Counted from the first letter of the stretch, positions 42,196 through 58,065 are shown. The stretch is 64,000 nt of DNA from Gemmatimonadales bacterium (GCA_039794085.1 JBDIWC010000008.1:44845-108844); one strand, 5' to 3'. Notes: generated by a model not told the origin, from the sequence alone. A program made the numbers and translations.

Positions 42196-43307
42196 CGGAC
42201 CGCCTCGGCGAGGGCGTGCACCACGGCCTCGCGCTGATCCGAAGACAGCTCGGGATACACCGGCAGCGACAGCACCTCGGTCATCGCCTGCTCGGTCCGG
42301 GGCAGGCTCCCCGCGCGATACCCCAGCTCGGCGAAACAGGGCTGGAGATGCAGGGCGGTCGGGTAATAGACCGCACACCCGATCCCGGCGGCCCGGAGAC
42401 GAGCCTGCACCGCGTCCCGATCGCGGACCCGAATGGTGTACTGATGGAAGATGTGCTCGTTCGCGGGGTCGGTGACCGGGGGCACCACCCCGGGAACCGA
42501 GGCCAGGGCGGCGGAATACGCCTCCGCGTGAGCGCGCCGCGCCGCGCTCCAGGAGGCGAGATGGGGCAGCTTGGCCAGGAGGACCGCCGCCTGCAGGGTG
42601 TCGAGGCGGCTGTTGATTCCCACTTCCTCGTGGTGATACTGCTTGGCCCCGCCGTGAAGCCGGAGACGGCCGAGCCGTTCCGCCAAGCCCAGGTCCTGGG
42701 TTACCATCATCCCCCCATCCCCGTAACCACCGAGGTTCTTGCTGGGGAAAAAGGAGAAGGCCCCGACCCACCCCAGCTCACCCGCCATCCGCCACGTTCC
42801 CTGAACCTGGCGCCGGGCCCCGATGGCCTGAGCGGCATCCTCGATGACGGCCACTTCATGCGCCTGGGCGAGGGGCAGGATGCGCTCCATCGACGCCATT
42901 TGACCGAACAGATGGACCACCACGATGGCCCGCGTGCGCGGAGTGATGGCCTGGGCCACCGCATCGGGGTCGAGATTGAAGGTGTCGGGATCGATGTCCA
43001 CGAACACCGGCGTGCCGCCGGCGTTGGCGATGGCCCCGGCGGTGGCAAAAAAGGTGAAGGCCGGGGTGATCACCTCGTCGCCCGGGCGGAGGCCCAAGGC
43101 CTTCAGCGGGAGAAGGAGTGCGTCCGTGCCGGAGGCGCAGGCCACGCCGGCTCGTGCGGCCGACAGTTCGGCAATGCGACGCTCCAGGTCCCCCACCTCG
43201 GGTCCCATGATGAACTGCTGACGCTCTATCACCTGCAGGATGCGCGGAACCACGTCATCCCGAATCGTCTCGAACTGGGCGCGGAGATCGAGGAGAGGAA
43301 CGTTCAC
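42192..43307 (-). CDS. DegT/DnrJ aminotransferase (WbpE-like)
   Basis: SGTDAL, EDAAQA, SFFPSKNLGGYGDGG, NSRLDTLQAA. Confidence 0.9.
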   Translation of the reverse strand: MNVPLLDLRAQFETIRDDVVPRILQVIERQQFIMGPEVGDLERRIAELSAARAGVACASGTDALLLPLKALGLRPGDEVITPAFTFFATAGAIANAGGTPVFVDIDPDTFNLDPDAVAQAITPRTRAIVVVHLFGQMASMERILPLAQAHEVAVIEDAAQAIGARRQVQGTWRMAGELGWVGAFSFFPSKNLGGYGDGGMMVTQDLGLAERLGRLRLHGGAKQYHHEEVGINSRLDTLQAAVLLAKLPHLASWSAARRAHAEAYSAALASVPGVVPPVTDPANEHIFHQYTIRVRDRDAVQARLRAAGIGCAVYYPTALHLQPCFAELGYRAGSLPRTEQAMTEVLSLPVYPELSSDQREAVVHALAEAVR

Positions 43308-43418
43308 GGACTCACCATCGGGAGGGGGGGGCACCGGTGCCACAGCGCCCGTCCAGGAACCGGGGAGAGGCATCCTCAAACGGGCGGCTCGGTATCTCGT
43401 AAATCATGGCAAGAGGGA

Positions 43419-43448
43419 AACTTAACCGCACTCATCCCCGCTCGGCAA
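43419..43448 (-). promoter_or_regulatory. Candidate internal promoter upstream of wbpE-like gene
   Basis: TTGCCG-18 nt-TAAGTT at the only sizeable gap in the cluster. Confidence 0.4.
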
Positions 43449-44028
43449 TCAGGCCAGGCCCGTCCCCCCCCTCCTCCCGCCGATAGTCGAGACCACACTC
43501 GGAGCACCGTCCCCGTCCGGTCTGGTCCACCTCGGGCCCGAGCCGGACCCCACACCGGCACATCCACCCGATGCGACGAGCCGGCACTCCGACCACCAGG
43601 GCGTGAGGGGGGACATCCTGAGCCACCACCGCCCCGGCCCCGACGAAGGCGTATTCCCCCAGGGTGGTCCCGCAGACGATCGTGGCATTGGCACCGATCG
43701 TGGCCCCCCGGCGCACCAGGGTACGCCGGTATTCTCCCCGGCGCGACACATGGCTCCGGGGGTTCATGACATTGGTGAAGACACAGCTGGGACCGCAGAA
43801 CACGTCATCCTCCAGTTCCACTCCTTCATAGATGGAGACATTGTTCTGGATCTTGACGTTGGCTCCGATGCGGGTTCCGGGCATGACCACCACGTTCTGC
43901 CCGAGGTTGCACCGGGGCCCGATGACGGCTCCGGGCATGATGTGGCAGAAGTGCCAGATCCGGGTTCCCTCGCCGATCTCGGCCCCCTCATCCACATATG
44001 CCGACTCGTGCGCTCTGTATGCTGTCAT
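43432..44028 (-). CDS. Hexapeptide-repeat N-acetyltransferase (WbpD-like)
   Basis: [34 protein letters not shown]-terminal WMCRCG...CSECG. Confidence 0.88.
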   Translation of the reverse strand: MTAYRAHESAYVDEGAEIGEGTRIWHFCHIMPGAVIGPRCNLGQNVVVMPGTRIGANVKIQNNVSIYEGVELEDDVFCGPSCVFTNVMNPRSHVSRRGEYRRTLVRRGATIGANATIVCGTTLGEYAFVGAGAVVAQDVPPHALVVGVPARRIGWMCRCGVRLGPEVDQTGRGRCSECGLDYRREEGGDGPGLIAERG

Positions 44029-44992
44029 CGCGGATCCTCATCCTCCTGAAGGGAACCGGGCCGGCCTTGCGCCGTGATCACCCGTACTTCCAGCTCGAGG
44101 CGAACCCCGAACCGCTCCCACACCTGCTGTCGCGCCCTGCCGATCAGGGCCACCACATCGTGCGCCGTCCCGCCGCCGGTATTGACGAAATAATTGGCAT
44201 GCATCCGCGACACCTCGATCGCCCCGCACCGATGTCCCTTGAGCCCGGCCGCCTCGATCAACTGGCCCGCCGTCCGTTTTCCGCCCTCGGTTGTATGGGC
44301 CGGATTGCGGAACACGCTTCCACAACAGGGCTGATTGAACGGGGTGCCCTCCTGTCGCCAGGAGAAGAGTTCGGAGACGCGCGCCTCGAGAAGGGCGGGA
44401 TCCTCCTTGGCCAGAGCTACCTCCGTGTCCACGACGATCGCATCCCCCAATCCGCTGGTCCGGTAGCCAAACGTCAGATCACGGCGGAGGATCACCTGGT
44501 CCTCACCCCGGACCGGATCGATCACCGTCACCGAGTGGACAACCGAAGCCCAGTCCCCTCCGTGGCATCCCGCGTTCATGTACACGCCACCCCCGACGGT
44601 ACCGGGGACACCGACCATCATGTGCAGACCGGACCAGCCCGCCGCCGCGGTCCGCCGGGCTGCCAGCGGAGCGGGGGCACCCGCCCCGAGCCTCCAGAGT
44701 CCGGCGGCACCGGGAGTGATCGCATCCATTCCCTTCCCCATCCGAATCACGAGGGCCGTCATCCCCTCGTCGGGAAGCAGCACGTTGGAGCCGAGCCCGA
44801 GAGGGAAAATCCTCACCCCCCGTTCCGTGGCACGCCGCACCGCGACCGCCACGTCCTCCGGGGTGGCCGGATGCAACACGGTCGCGGGTCCTCCGATGCG
44901 GTACGTACTGTATCGCCCGAGCGATGCGACGGACCGCACCTCCCCCCGGACCTCTGCCTGCAGCGCACGGACGAAGGCGGGGTCCCGCGCGG

Positions 44993-44996
<4 letters not shown>
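44025..44996 (-). CDS. murB: UDP-N-acetylenolpyruvoylglucosamine reductase
   Basis: [48 protein letters not shown]. Confidence 0.93.
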
Positions 44997-50248
<5,252 letters not shown>

Positions 50249-50250
50249 TC

Positions 50251-50445
50251 ATGGCGCGGATTTGCGAAGTATGCGGCAAGGGCCCGATCACGGGCAATAA
50301 TGTGAGCCACGCCAACAACCGGACCCGGCGGCGTTGGTATCCCAACCTGCAGAGCTTTCGGACCATGGTGAATGGCGCCCCGCGCCGGATCCGGGTCTGC
50401 ACACAGTGCATCAAGGGCGGCAAGGTGGCCAAAGCCGCATCCTGA
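50251..50445 (+). CDS. rpmB: 50S ribosomal protein L28
   Basis: [34 protein letters not shown]. Confidence 0.97.
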   Translation: MARICEVCGKGPITGNNVSHANNRTRRRWYPNLQSFRTMVNGAPRRIRVCTQCIKGGKVAKAAS

Positions 50446-50514
50446 CGGGGCGTCCTCCGGAGCCATCGCACGGTGGCGGCTCGGGGGTCCGGGATTCCGG
50501 GACAGTGGCTGTGA

Positions 50515-50540
50515 AAAAGGGGACCGGAAGGTCCCCTTTT
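50515..50540. terminator. Bidirectional terminator between rpmB and rplQ
   Basis: AAAAGGGGACC-GGAA-GGTCCCCTTTT. Confidence 0.85.
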
Positions 50541-50570
50541 CTGCGTTCCGCGGGAACCGAGGATCCCCGG

Positions 50571-50927
50571 TCACTCGGAGAGCAACTCGATCCGGGCGGT
50601 TTCCGCGCCATCTCCGACCCGGTGCCCGATCTTCAGGATCCGGGTGTAACCACCGGGCCGGGATGCGAATCGGGGTCCGATCTCGGAAAAGAGCCGGGAG
50701 AGGACGTCCCGGTCGTGGATGCGGCGCCCCACCAGTCGCCGGGCATGGAGATCCCCGCGGCGTGCCAGGGTGATGAGCCGCTCCGCGAACGGACGGAGCT
50801 CCTTCGCCTTGGCCGTGGTCGTCACGATGCCCCCATGGGCGAAGAGACTCGTGGCCAGGTTGTTGAGCAGCGCCTTCTTGTGGCTGCTGGTCCGGGAGAG
50901 TTGTCGCCCCTTTACACGATGCCGCAT
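50571..50927 (-). CDS. rplQ: 50S ribosomal protein L17
   Basis: MRHR, TTTAKAKELR, RPGGYTRI, GDGA. Confidence 0.97.
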   Translation of the reverse strand: MRHRVKGRQLSRTSSHKKALLNNLATSLFAHGGIVTTTAKAKELRPFAERLITLARRGDLHARRLVGRRIHDRDVLSRLFSEIGPRFASRPGGYTRILKIGHRVGDGAETARIELLSE

Positions 50928-50928
50928 G

Positions 50929-51984
50929 TCAGGTGGTCTCCTCGTCGTCCGTCTTCACGGTGACGCCCGGCGGGGTACCCGGGTTCACGATGTACAGGGC
51001 GTCGTCGGTTTCCTCAAAAACCATTCCGAGATTAAGGCCCTCGGTCGCAAGGAGCTCGCTGATCTCGGCCATCGCCTTCTCGCCGACATTCTTGACCTTG
51101 AGCAGCTCCTCCTCGCGGAACTGCACCAGGTCGCGCAGCACCCGGACATCGGAATTCTTGAGCGAATTGAGCGACCGCATCGACAACCCGAATTCATCGA
51201 TGGTGATCCCGAGTCGTTCCCGCACCGCGGGGGTGACGGTGGGTCGTACCACCTCCTCCGGCCGGGCCGGAGGTACCTTGCCAAACTCGACGAAATAGCG
51301 GAAATGCTCGCGAGCCAGAGCGGCGGCGTAAGCAATCGCGTCCTCGGGCGTCACGGTGCCGTTGGTTTCGATGGCAATGGCGAGCCGGTCGTAGTCGGTT
51401 CGCTGCCCCACCCGGGTCTCGTTCACGGTGAAGTTGGCGCGGACCACGGGGTTGTAGATCGAATCGATCCGGATCACGTCCACGGGGAGGGACCGGTCGA
51501 TGGGATGCATTTCGGCCTCGACGTACCCGCGCCCCTTGTTGACGTACAGCTCCATGGAGATGTCCCGATCATCCTGCAGAGTAAAGAGCAGATGATCGGG
51601 GTTGACGACACGGACGGCGGCCTGGCCCTGGATGTCCCGGGCAAACACGGCGCCGGCACTGTCACGGCGGATGTGCAGGGTCACTTCGTCCACATCTTCG
51701 TCGAGGACCAGGGTCAGCGCCTTGAGCCGCTGCACGATCTGGTGCACGTCCTCCAGCACGCCGGTCACGGTCTGGTGTTCATGAACCACCCCGTCGAGGC
51801 GGAAAGCCCACACGGAAGTTCCGCGCAGGGAGGAGAGAAGAAGCCGCCGCAGGGCGTTGCCCAGGGTGTGACCGAAGCCTCTCTCCAGCGGCTGGAGCCG
51901 GAATTCGGCGGCGTTGGGGTTGTCCTCCCGCTTGACCATCTCGACGAGATGGGGGCGAACGAGTCCGCTCAGGTCGATGCTCAT
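50929..51984 (-). CDS. rpoA: RNA polymerase subunit alpha
   Basis: PLERGFGHTLGNALRR, GRGYV, RVGQRTDYD, alpha-CTD. Confidence 0.97.
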   Translation of the reverse strand: MSIDLSGLVRPHLVEMVKREDNPNAAEFRLQPLERGFGHTLGNALRRLLLSSLRGTSVWAFRLDGVVHEHQTVTGVLEDVHQIVQRLKALTLVLDEDVDEVTLHIRRDSAGAVFARDIQGQAAVRVVNPDHLLFTLQDDRDISMELYVNKGRGYVEAEMHPIDRSLPVDVIRIDSIYNPVVRANFTVNETRVGQRTDYDRLAIAIETNGTVTPEDAIAYAAALAREHFRYFVEFGKVPPARPEEVVRPTVTPAVRERLGITIDEFGLSMRSLNSLKNSDVRVLRDLVQFREEELLKVKNVGEKAMAEISELLATEGLNLGMVFEETDDALYIVNPGTPPGVTVKTDDEETT

Positions 51985-52001
51985 CAGGTTTCGGTCCCTC
52001 G

Positions 52002-52640
52002 TTACTTGGAGTAGAGCTCGACGATCAGCTGCTCCTGGGCATTGACCGGGATCGCCTCGCGCACGGGCAGCTCGGTCACCCGGCCGGCCGCTTTCTCGGC
52101 ATCCACGGAGAGCCAGGGGAGCGGGGCGCCGCGAGCGGCGCTCTCCCGTGCGAGCTTGATGGTCAACAGATCCCGGCTCTCCGGAGCCACGCGCACTTCC
52201 TCGCCGACCTGAACATGGGCGGAGGGGATGTCGAGCCGTCGTCCGTTGACCTGCACATGGCCGTGCATCACGAGCTGGCGCGCGGCCTTTCGGCTCGTGG
52301 CAAAACCCATCCGGTAGACCAGATTGTCGAGCCGGGTCTCGAGCGCCACCAGCAGGTTGGTACCCTTCATGCCCGGGAGGTGCGAGGCCTCGTCGAACGT
52401 GTTCCGGAACTGCTTCTCGGACACGCCGTACATGCGCTTGACCTTCTGCTTTTCCCGGAGCTGCCGGGCGTATTCGGACTGCTTGCGGGGACGCCCTCCG
52501 CCGGCCTGGCCATGCTGGCCGGGAGCGTAGCCTCTCCGATCAACGGCGCATTTTTCGGTGAGACACCGGGTGCCCTTGAGAAAAAGCTTCGTGCCTTCAC
52601 GCCGGCAGAGGCGGCAGGAGGGTCCAGTATAGCGTGACAT
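52002..52640 (-). CDS. rpsD: 30S ribosomal protein S4
   Basis: CRLCRREG, LETRLDN, IVELYSK. Confidence 0.97.
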   Translation of the reverse strand: MSRYTGPSCRLCRREGTKLFLKGTRCLTEKCAVDRRGYAPGQHGQAGGGRPRKQSEYARQLREKQKVKRMYGVSEKQFRNTFDEASHLPGMKGTNLLVALETRLDNLVYRMGFATSRKAARQLVMHGHVQVNGRRLDIPSAHVQVGEEVRVAPESRDLLTIKLARESAARGAPLPWLSVDAEKAAGRVTELPVREAIPVNAQEQLIVELYSK

Positions 52641-52643
52641 CGG

Positions 52644-53036
52644 TTACACCCGCCGCTTCTTGGGAGGCCGGCACCCGTTGTGCGGGATCGGCGTGACATC
52701 CTTGATCGAAGCCACCTTGAGACCCACCGAGGCCAGAGCCTGAATGGCCGACTCGCGCCCCGACCCGGGACCGCGCACCAGGACGTGCACCCGGCGCACT
52801 CCCATGCCGAACGCCTCCCGGCCGCAGTTTTCCGCCGCCACCGTGGCCGCGAAGGGCGTGGACTTCTTGGATCCCTTGAAGCCGGCCTTTCCGGCCGTGC
52901 CCCACGCCACGGTGTTCCCCTTCACATCGGTGATGGTGATGATCACGTTGTTAAACGTGGCGCTGATATGGGCCACGCCCTCCGATTCGACCACGCGCTT
53001 GGATCGCTTGCCGCCCGACTTGGCTGGTGTGCTCAT
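52644..53036 (-). CDS. rpsK: 30S ribosomal protein S11
   Basis: [33 protein letters not shown]. Confidence 0.97.
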   Translation of the reverse strand: MSTPAKSGGKRSKRVVESEGVAHISATFNNVIITITDVKGNTVAWGTAGKAGFKGSKKSTPFAATVAAENCGREAFGMGVRRVHVLVRGPGSGRESAIQALASVGLKVASIKDVTPIPHNGCRPPKKRRV

Positions 53037-53038
53037 GG

Positions 53039-53419
53039 CTACTTCTTCGTCACTTTCTTCTTGCCGGCGATGGCCCGGCGCGGACCCTTCTTGGTCCGGG
53101 CGTTGGTGTGAGTCCGCTGGCCGCGCACCGGCAACCCTCTCCGGTGGCGCATGCCCCGGTAGGTTCCGATGTCCATCAGCCGCTTGATGTTCATGGCGAT
53201 TTCGGTGCGCAGAGTGCCCTCAACCCGGGCCGAGCGCTCAATCCATTGCCGAAGCCGGGCCACCTCGGCGTCCGAGAGATCCCGCACCCGGGTGTCGGGG
53301 TTGACGCCCGATTCCGCCAGGAGCTTCTGCGAGGTGGGAAGCCCGATGCCGAAGATGTAGGTCAGCGCGATTTCCACGCGCTTTTCCCGGGGGAGATCCA
53401 CTCCTGCGATGCGCGCCAT
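53039..53419 (-). CDS. rpsM: 30S ribosomal protein S13
   Basis: [29 protein letters not shown]. Confidence 0.97.
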   Translation of the reverse strand: MARIAGVDLPREKRVEIALTYIFGIGLPTSQKLLAESGVNPDTRVRDLSDAEVARLRQWIERSARVEGTLRTEIAMNIKRLMDIGTYRGMRHRRGLPVRGQRTHTNARTKKGPRRAIAGKKKVTKK

Positions 53420-53421
53420 GA

Positions 53422-53538
53422 TTAGCCCTGCCGTTGCTTGTGCTTGGGATTGCGTTTGCAGATCACCCGCACAACGCCGGCCCGCCGGATCACCCGGCAG
53501 TGCTCGCAGATCGGCTTCACACTGGTCCGTACCTTCAC
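53422..53538 (-). CDS. rpmJ: 50S ribosomal protein L36
   Basis: GTG start; [18 protein letters not shown]...[14 protein letters not shown]. Confidence 0.96.
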   Translation of the reverse strand: MKVRTSVKPICEHCRVIRRAGVVRVICKRNPKHKQRQG

Positions 53539-53578
53539 GTCTGCTCCGATGGCCCAAAAGGTTCTTGAAAAGCTTCGG

Positions 53579-53607
53579 AATATAGGAGTGGCCCCCCGCT
53601 GACGCAA
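53579..53607 (-). promoter_or_regulatory. Sigma70-type promoter for rpmJ/alpha operon
   Basis: TTGCGT-17 nt-TATATT. Confidence 0.6.
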
Positions 53608-53613
53608 GGGAAC

Positions 53614-54036
53614 TCAGTCCAGCAACCGTACCTCTGTCAGAATCCACCTCCCGCCGTCCTCCCGGTACCCCAGCAACACTCGCTGGGTCCGCACTTCCTG
53701 GGTTCCCCGCTCCCGGAACGACCGGCGCAGTTCCACGTATCCCCTGCCTTCACCGGTCTCCCGGGCCGAGACGACCCGGACCTCCACCTCGACGCTCCCC
53801 CGGAGGAACGACTGGAGTGTCGCCACGGCCTGTCCAGGGGGCATCGCTGGGGACGACCGCGACCCCGGAAGCTGAACCTGTACCCCCGTGGCTCCCCCCA
53901 GCATCGCCCCCAGCCGGTGACCTGCCCAGGCCCGCCGAGCGTCGGCGGCCACGGCGGCCAGTCGCTCCTGGCCATGAACCGGGATCCCCGGGGTGCCCCC
54001 CAGGAGGACAGCGACCAGGGCGGTGCGCATCAGCAT
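53614..54036 (-). CDS. Hypothetical exported protein (possible NTF2-like fold)
   Basis: Signal-like N-terminus, helices then beta strands ending WILTEVR; start overlaps pyrF stop. Confidence 0.55.
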   Translation of the reverse strand: MLMRTALVAVLLGGTPGIPVHGQERLAAVAADARRAWAGHRLGAMLGGATGVQVQLPGSRSSPAMPPGQAVATLQSFLRGSVEVEVRVVSARETGEGRGYVELRRSFRERGTQEVRTQRVLLGYREDGGRWILTEVRLLD

Positions 54037-54713
54037 CGGGCCTCCTCGGCGAAATCCCGAAACGCCGAGCGAGGGTCCGGCGCAGACAGGATGGGCCGTC
54101 CCACCACGAGGTGGCTCGCCCCACGGGCCACGGCAACAGTCGGGGTGGCAATCCTCGTCTGGTCCCCTGCCCCGTCTCCCGCGCGCCGGATCCCCGGCAC
54201 CACGAGCCAGGGACCGGGCCCGAATTTTTCCCGAATCCCCCCGACCTCCGCCGCTGAGCAGACCACGCCCCGGAGCCCCGCGTCCAGCGCCAAGGTCGCA
54301 AGTCGCAGCACCTCCCCCTGGAGATCGGGCGTCTCGCGTCCCAGGATCCGGCCGAAATCCGACACGCCGTGCGAGGTCAGAACCGTCACCCCGACCACAT
54401 CGAGCCCTTCTCCCCCCGCGCGTGCCGCACCCTCCAACATGGCGGTGCCACCCAAGGCGTGCACCGTCGCCATCCGCACTCCGAGAGCCCGGGCGGATTC
54501 GATGGTTTTCTCGACGGTGTGGGGGATGTCGTGCCACTTGCAATCGAGAAACACCTGGAGGCCCCGCTCCACGAGAGAGCGGACAAAGGTCCCGTCGGCC
54601 CCGGTCAGGAGAACCGGCCCCACTTTCACCCAGCGGAGTTCGGGTATCCGGTCGAGGAGCCGGAGCGCTGCCTCCGGCGAGGGGAGATCCAGAGCCAGAA
54701 TGACCTCAGCCAT
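54030..54713 (-). CDS. pyrF: Orotidine-5'-phosphate decarboxylase
   Basis: LALD, KVG, DCKWHDIPHT, VTVLTS, PGIR, VVGRPI. Confidence 0.95.
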   Translation of the reverse strand: MAEVILALDLPSPEAALRLLDRIPELRWVKVGPVLLTGADGTFVRSLVERGLQVFLDCKWHDIPHTVEKTIESARALGVRMATVHALGGTAMLEGAARAGGEGLDVVGVTVLTSHGVSDFGRILGRETPDLQGEVLRLATLALDAGLRGVVCSAAEVGGIREKFGPGPWLVVPGIRRAGDGAGDQTRIATPTVAVARGASHLVVGRPILSAPDPRSAFRDFAEEARC

Positions 54714-55605
54714 GCTGCATCTCCCACAGCCCCTCCCGCATCAGGGTACGCACGATCTTCTCGGGGAGACGGGGCGCGGCCAAGGCCCCCGTCCCGATGG
54801 CCACAAGATCCGCTCCGGCCTGGAGATAGGCGCGCACGTCGGCGGCAGATCGAATGCCTCCACAGCCGAGGATCACCCCGTGGGAACCGAATCGTTCCCG
54901 GACCCGTCTCACGGCGGCGAGACCCATGGGCAGAAGGGCCGGACCGCTCACCCCGCCGAACCCGTTCCCGAGACGGGGGCCACCCCGTGATCCTCCGATC
55001 CATCCCGGCATTGTATTGACCAGGGAGACTCCCGCCGCGCCGGCCTCCCGGGCCGCCACGGCCAATTCCGGGAGGTTGGGCGTGGCCGGAGAGAGCTTGG
55101 CCAGGATCGGCAGATGCGTCACCCGGGCGCACCCGGTCACGATACGGTGGACCGCGTCGAGGTCGGCCCCGAACTCGAGCCCCCCCGCAGCCGTGTTGGG
55201 GCAGGAAAGGTTGAGTTCCAGGGCGGTGAGTCCCTCGAGCCGGCTCACTCCCTCGACCACGGCCGCGTACTCCTCTTCGGTAAACCCGACCACGTTCACA
55301 AGAACCCGGGTCTCCCCGCACACCGCGATCATGGCGGGGAGATCGACCGCGAGAGCCTCCTCCAGACCGGGGTTGGCGAGTCCCACCGAATTGAGCATCC
55401 CGCCCCGGAATTCAGTGACCCGCGGAGGGAGATTACCCTGTCGGGGCTCCCGGGACACCGCCTTGGAGATCACTCCCCCCAGGGCGGACAGATCCACAGT
55501 CCCCGCGAGTTCCCTGGCATATCCCGCAGTCCCTGCGGCCAGCAGCAACGGGTTCCGAAATGGGGCGGAGAGAACGTGGCGCGACAGGAGTTCACCCCCC
55601 GTCAC
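54706..55605 (-). CDS. pyrD: Dihydroorotate dehydrogenase, family 1
   Basis: NSVGLANPG, ELNLSCPN, KLSP, GGVSGPA, GCGGI. Confidence 0.9.
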   Translation of the reverse strand: MTGGELLSRHVLSAPFRNPLLLAAGTAGYARELAGTVDLSALGGVISKAVSREPRQGNLPPRVTEFRGGMLNSVGLANPGLEEALAVDLPAMIAVCGETRVLVNVVGFTEEEYAAVVEGVSRLEGLTALELNLSCPNTAAGGLEFGADLDAVHRIVTGCARVTHLPILAKLSPATPNLPELAVAAREAGAAGVSLVNTMPGWIGGSRGGPRLGNGFGGVSGPALLPMGLAAVRRVRERFGSHGVILGCGGIRSAADVRAYLQAGADLVAIGTGALAAPRLPEKIVRTLMREGLWEMQHG

Positions 55606-56846
55606 GGCGAGAGACCACCGGAGGTGGCGGGTCCCATGGCCCCGGTCCGCCGCTCGTATTCGGACAGATAGGCCACGATCGCATCGGCCATGGAGCGGGC
55701 CAGAGCCCTCTGCGAGGCGGGAGTGGTGAGAAGCCGGCCATCCTGGGGGTTGGTGCTGAAGCCCATTTCAATCAGGGCCGCCGGGCGCCGAGCGGTGTTG
55801 AGCACAATGTAGTTTCCGGCGCGCACCCCTCGATCCTCCCCGGGGTGCACCCGACCCAGGTGCTCCTGCACCAGGGTCGCGAACCGGGCCGACTCCCTCA
55901 GGTGCTCGTTCATCTGGAGATCCTTCAGGATGAAGTCGATCCCGCGGACCGTCTCCTCCTCGCTGGGCCGCTCAAATCGCACGGCGTCGTTCTCCATCCG
56001 AGCCACCCGCGCGGCATCCTCGGTTTTCGCTTCACCGAGGAAGTAGGTTTCGAATCCCCGGACCTGCTGGTATCCAGGACGCCGCCGGAGCGAATTGACG
56101 TGCAGGCTGACGAAAAGATCGCAGTCCTCGGTGCAGGAACGCCCTCGGTGTCGCAGATCAATGAGGGTATCGGTGGTTCGGGTCATCCGCACCCGCACTC
56201 CCCGGGCCTGGAGTTCCTCCCGCAGGAGGAGCCCGACCGCGAGGGTCACGTGCTTCTCGGTCACTCCGCGGGGAAACTGGAGCCCCGGGTTCCCGGGGTC
56301 GATCCCCCCGTGTCCGGGGTCGATCGTCACGGAGTGCCGTCGCACGAGCCCGCCGGCCGGGTTCACCGGAGCACCCCCCGCCGCCGCGGTGTGTGCCACC
56401 ACGGACGGAGGGGCCGCGGGCGTCCGGTCGACAAGCCGTCCTGCGCTGTCGTCCCAGGAGAACCGGGCTCCCAGGCGGGAGGGGAGGATCTCGCCGGCAA
56501 ACTGAAGCGGGAGAAAAAGCGTGTCTCCGCGCATGACAGCGCTCGCCGAGATCGGCACCGGATCCGAACCATGCATCACCATCGGCACCCCCAGCAGGAA
56601 CCGGAACGGCTCGGGCCCTATCCGGAACTCCACCCAGGCTCCCCGGAACTCGGGGCTCACTCCCAGAGCACGCAGGAAGGGCGACGCGGGGATCATCGGT
56701 CCCGATCCCGGGTCGCTCCGGACCATGATCCGGGTTTCCCCGCGGGCGGTCCTCACCACTACCGCGTCCGGTGCCGGGGCGGCAGCCAGCGGCGCCACGG
56801 CACCGAGCAGGATCAGAAGACCCCCGGCCGGCTTCCACCGCCTCAT
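55602..56846 (-). CDS. N-acetylmuramoyl-L-alanine amidase (Amidase_3)
   Basis: Signal peptide; IDPGHGG, EK, FVSLHVNS, LIEMGFSTN. Confidence 0.92.
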   Translation of the reverse strand: MRRWKPAGGLLILLGAVAPLAAAPAPDAVVVRTARGETRIMVRSDPGSGPMIPASPFLRALGVSPEFRGAWVEFRIGPEPFRFLLGVPMVMHGSDPVPISASAVMRGDTLFLPLQFAGEILPSRLGARFSWDDSAGRLVDRTPAAPPSVVAHTAAAGGAPVNPAGGLVRRHSVTIDPGHGGIDPGNPGLQFPRGVTEKHVTLAVGLLLREELQARGVRVRMTRTTDTLIDLRHRGRSCTEDCDLFVSLHVNSLRRRPGYQQVRGFETYFLGEAKTEDAARVARMENDAVRFERPSEEETVRGIDFILKDLQMNEHLRESARFATLVQEHLGRVHPGEDRGVRAGNYIVLNTARRPAALIEMGFSTNPQDGRLLTTPASQRALARSMADAIVAYLSEYERRTGAMGPATSGGLSP

Positions 56847-57340
56847 TCGCGCCCCCGGCGCGCCGAGGCCATGGCCCGCGCGACGTCACGATCGGCGATT
56901 CGTGCCTTGAGAGCCTGCCGTTTGTCGTGGAGTTTCTTTCCGCGTCCCAGGGCGAGGACGACCTTGGCCCGTCCCCGCCGGAAATAGAGCTCGAGAGGGA
57001 CGAGGGCGAGGCCCTTCTGCTCCACCGCACCGATCATCCGCTCGATCTCCCGCCGATGCAGCAGGAGTTTGCGGGACCTCTCCGGTGCGTGATTCCAGCG
57101 GTTGCCCTGCTCATAGGGGGTGACGTGCATCCCCTCCAGCCAGACCTCGCCGCGTGCCAGGCGGGCAAAGGCCCCCTTGATCGAGGCTTTTCCAGCCCGG
57201 AGGGACTTCACCTCCGTCCCCGTCAGAACCACGCCCGCCTCCCAGGTGTCGAGCACCTCGTAGTCGTGCGTTGCGCGGGGATTCCGGGCCACGGAGATCC
57301 TCTCATCGGGCGCATCCTCAGGGGACGATTTAGCTGCCAT
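56843..57340 (-). CDS. smpB: SsrA-binding protein
   Basis: EAGVVLTGTEVKSLR, RKLLLHRREI, GKKLHDKR. Confidence 0.97.
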   Translation of the reverse strand: MAAKSSPEDAPDERISVARNPRATHDYEVLDTWEAGVVLTGTEVKSLRAGKASIKGAFARLARGEVWLEGMHVTPYEQGNRWNHAPERSRKLLLHRREIERMIGAVEQKGLALVPLELYFRRGRAKVVLALGRGKKLHDKRQALKARIADRDVARAMASARRGRE

Positions 57341-57358
57341 AACTCACCATCGCTGCAA

Positions 57359-57425
57359 AAGATAGGCCCGTGGAACAGGGGAGGCAACGTGCGACTTGAC
57401 GCCGAGCCTCGGGGTACGGTAGGTT
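57359..57425. promoter_or_regulatory. Divergent promoters for smpB (-) and tRNA-Leu (+)
   Basis: Minus TTGCCT-17-TATCTT (57359-57387); plus TTGACG-18-TAGGTT (57396-57425). Confidence 0.6.
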
Positions 57426-57434
57426 TGCCCTCCC

Positions 57435-57519
<85 letters not shown>

Positions 57520-57540
57520 GTTTCTCGGCTCAGATGCACC

Positions 57541-57571
57541 AACGCGGGTCCGGACCTCGGACCCGCGTTTT
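57541..57571. terminator. Terminator hairpin between tRNA-Leu and Rrf2 gene
   Basis: AACGCGGGTCCG-GACCT-CGGACCCGCGTT then T-rich. Confidence 0.8.
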
Positions 57572-57609
57572 GCGTCTTTCCCCTGAGCCCCGCCCGAGAA
57601 GAGACTGTC

Positions 57610-58059
57610 CTACGTGGTGGACGCCTGGACAAGATCGTGGACACGGGTCTCTTCCTCCAGGAGAGTGGCGAGCGACACCGAGGAGAGGAAGTCGTCGATC
57701 CGTTGCTGGAGCGCCGCCCACACCGGCCGAATGGAGCACCCGGCGTCCGGGTGGCAGCGCTCCTCGTCAACCGGGTGGGTGGTGCAGCCCGGTTCGAAGG
57801 TCGTACGATCGGCGGCGGTCATGATGTCGCACACGGTGATCTCTTCGGGGGGCCGGGCAAGGGTGTATCCACCCCGTGCGCCCCGCACGCTCGCCACGAG
57901 GCCCCCCCGCCGTAGCCGCAGGAGGATCTGCTCCACATAGTCGGCCGGGAGATTCTCCGTCGCTGCGATCTCCCGGGCCGAGACCGGGCCCTCCCCCCCG
58001 CGCCGGGCGAGGTGGATGGAGATGATGAGACTGTACTCGGTCAGTGTGGTCACGCGCAT
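57610..58059 (-). CDS. Rrf2-family regulator (IscR-like, three Cys)
   Basis: YVEQILLRLRRGGLVASVRGARGGYTLARPPEEI; C..C..C cluster followed by IRPVW. Confidence 0.9.
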   Translation of the reverse strand: MRVTTLTEYSLIISIHLARRGGEGPVSAREIAATENLPADYVEQILLRLRRGGLVASVRGARGGYTLARPPEEITVCDIMTAADRTTFEPGCTTHPVDEERCHPDAGCSIRPVWAALQQRIDDFLSSVSLATLLEEETRVHDLVQASTT

Positions 58060-58065
58060 GAGGGC

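Noticed and set aside
54706..55605. pyrD without adjacent pyrK
   Set aside because: Common arrangement; cannot be judged from one window
56843..57434. Possible tmRNA beside smpB
   Set aside because: Intergenic space is under 100 bp and holds promoters; no ssrA-like ends seen
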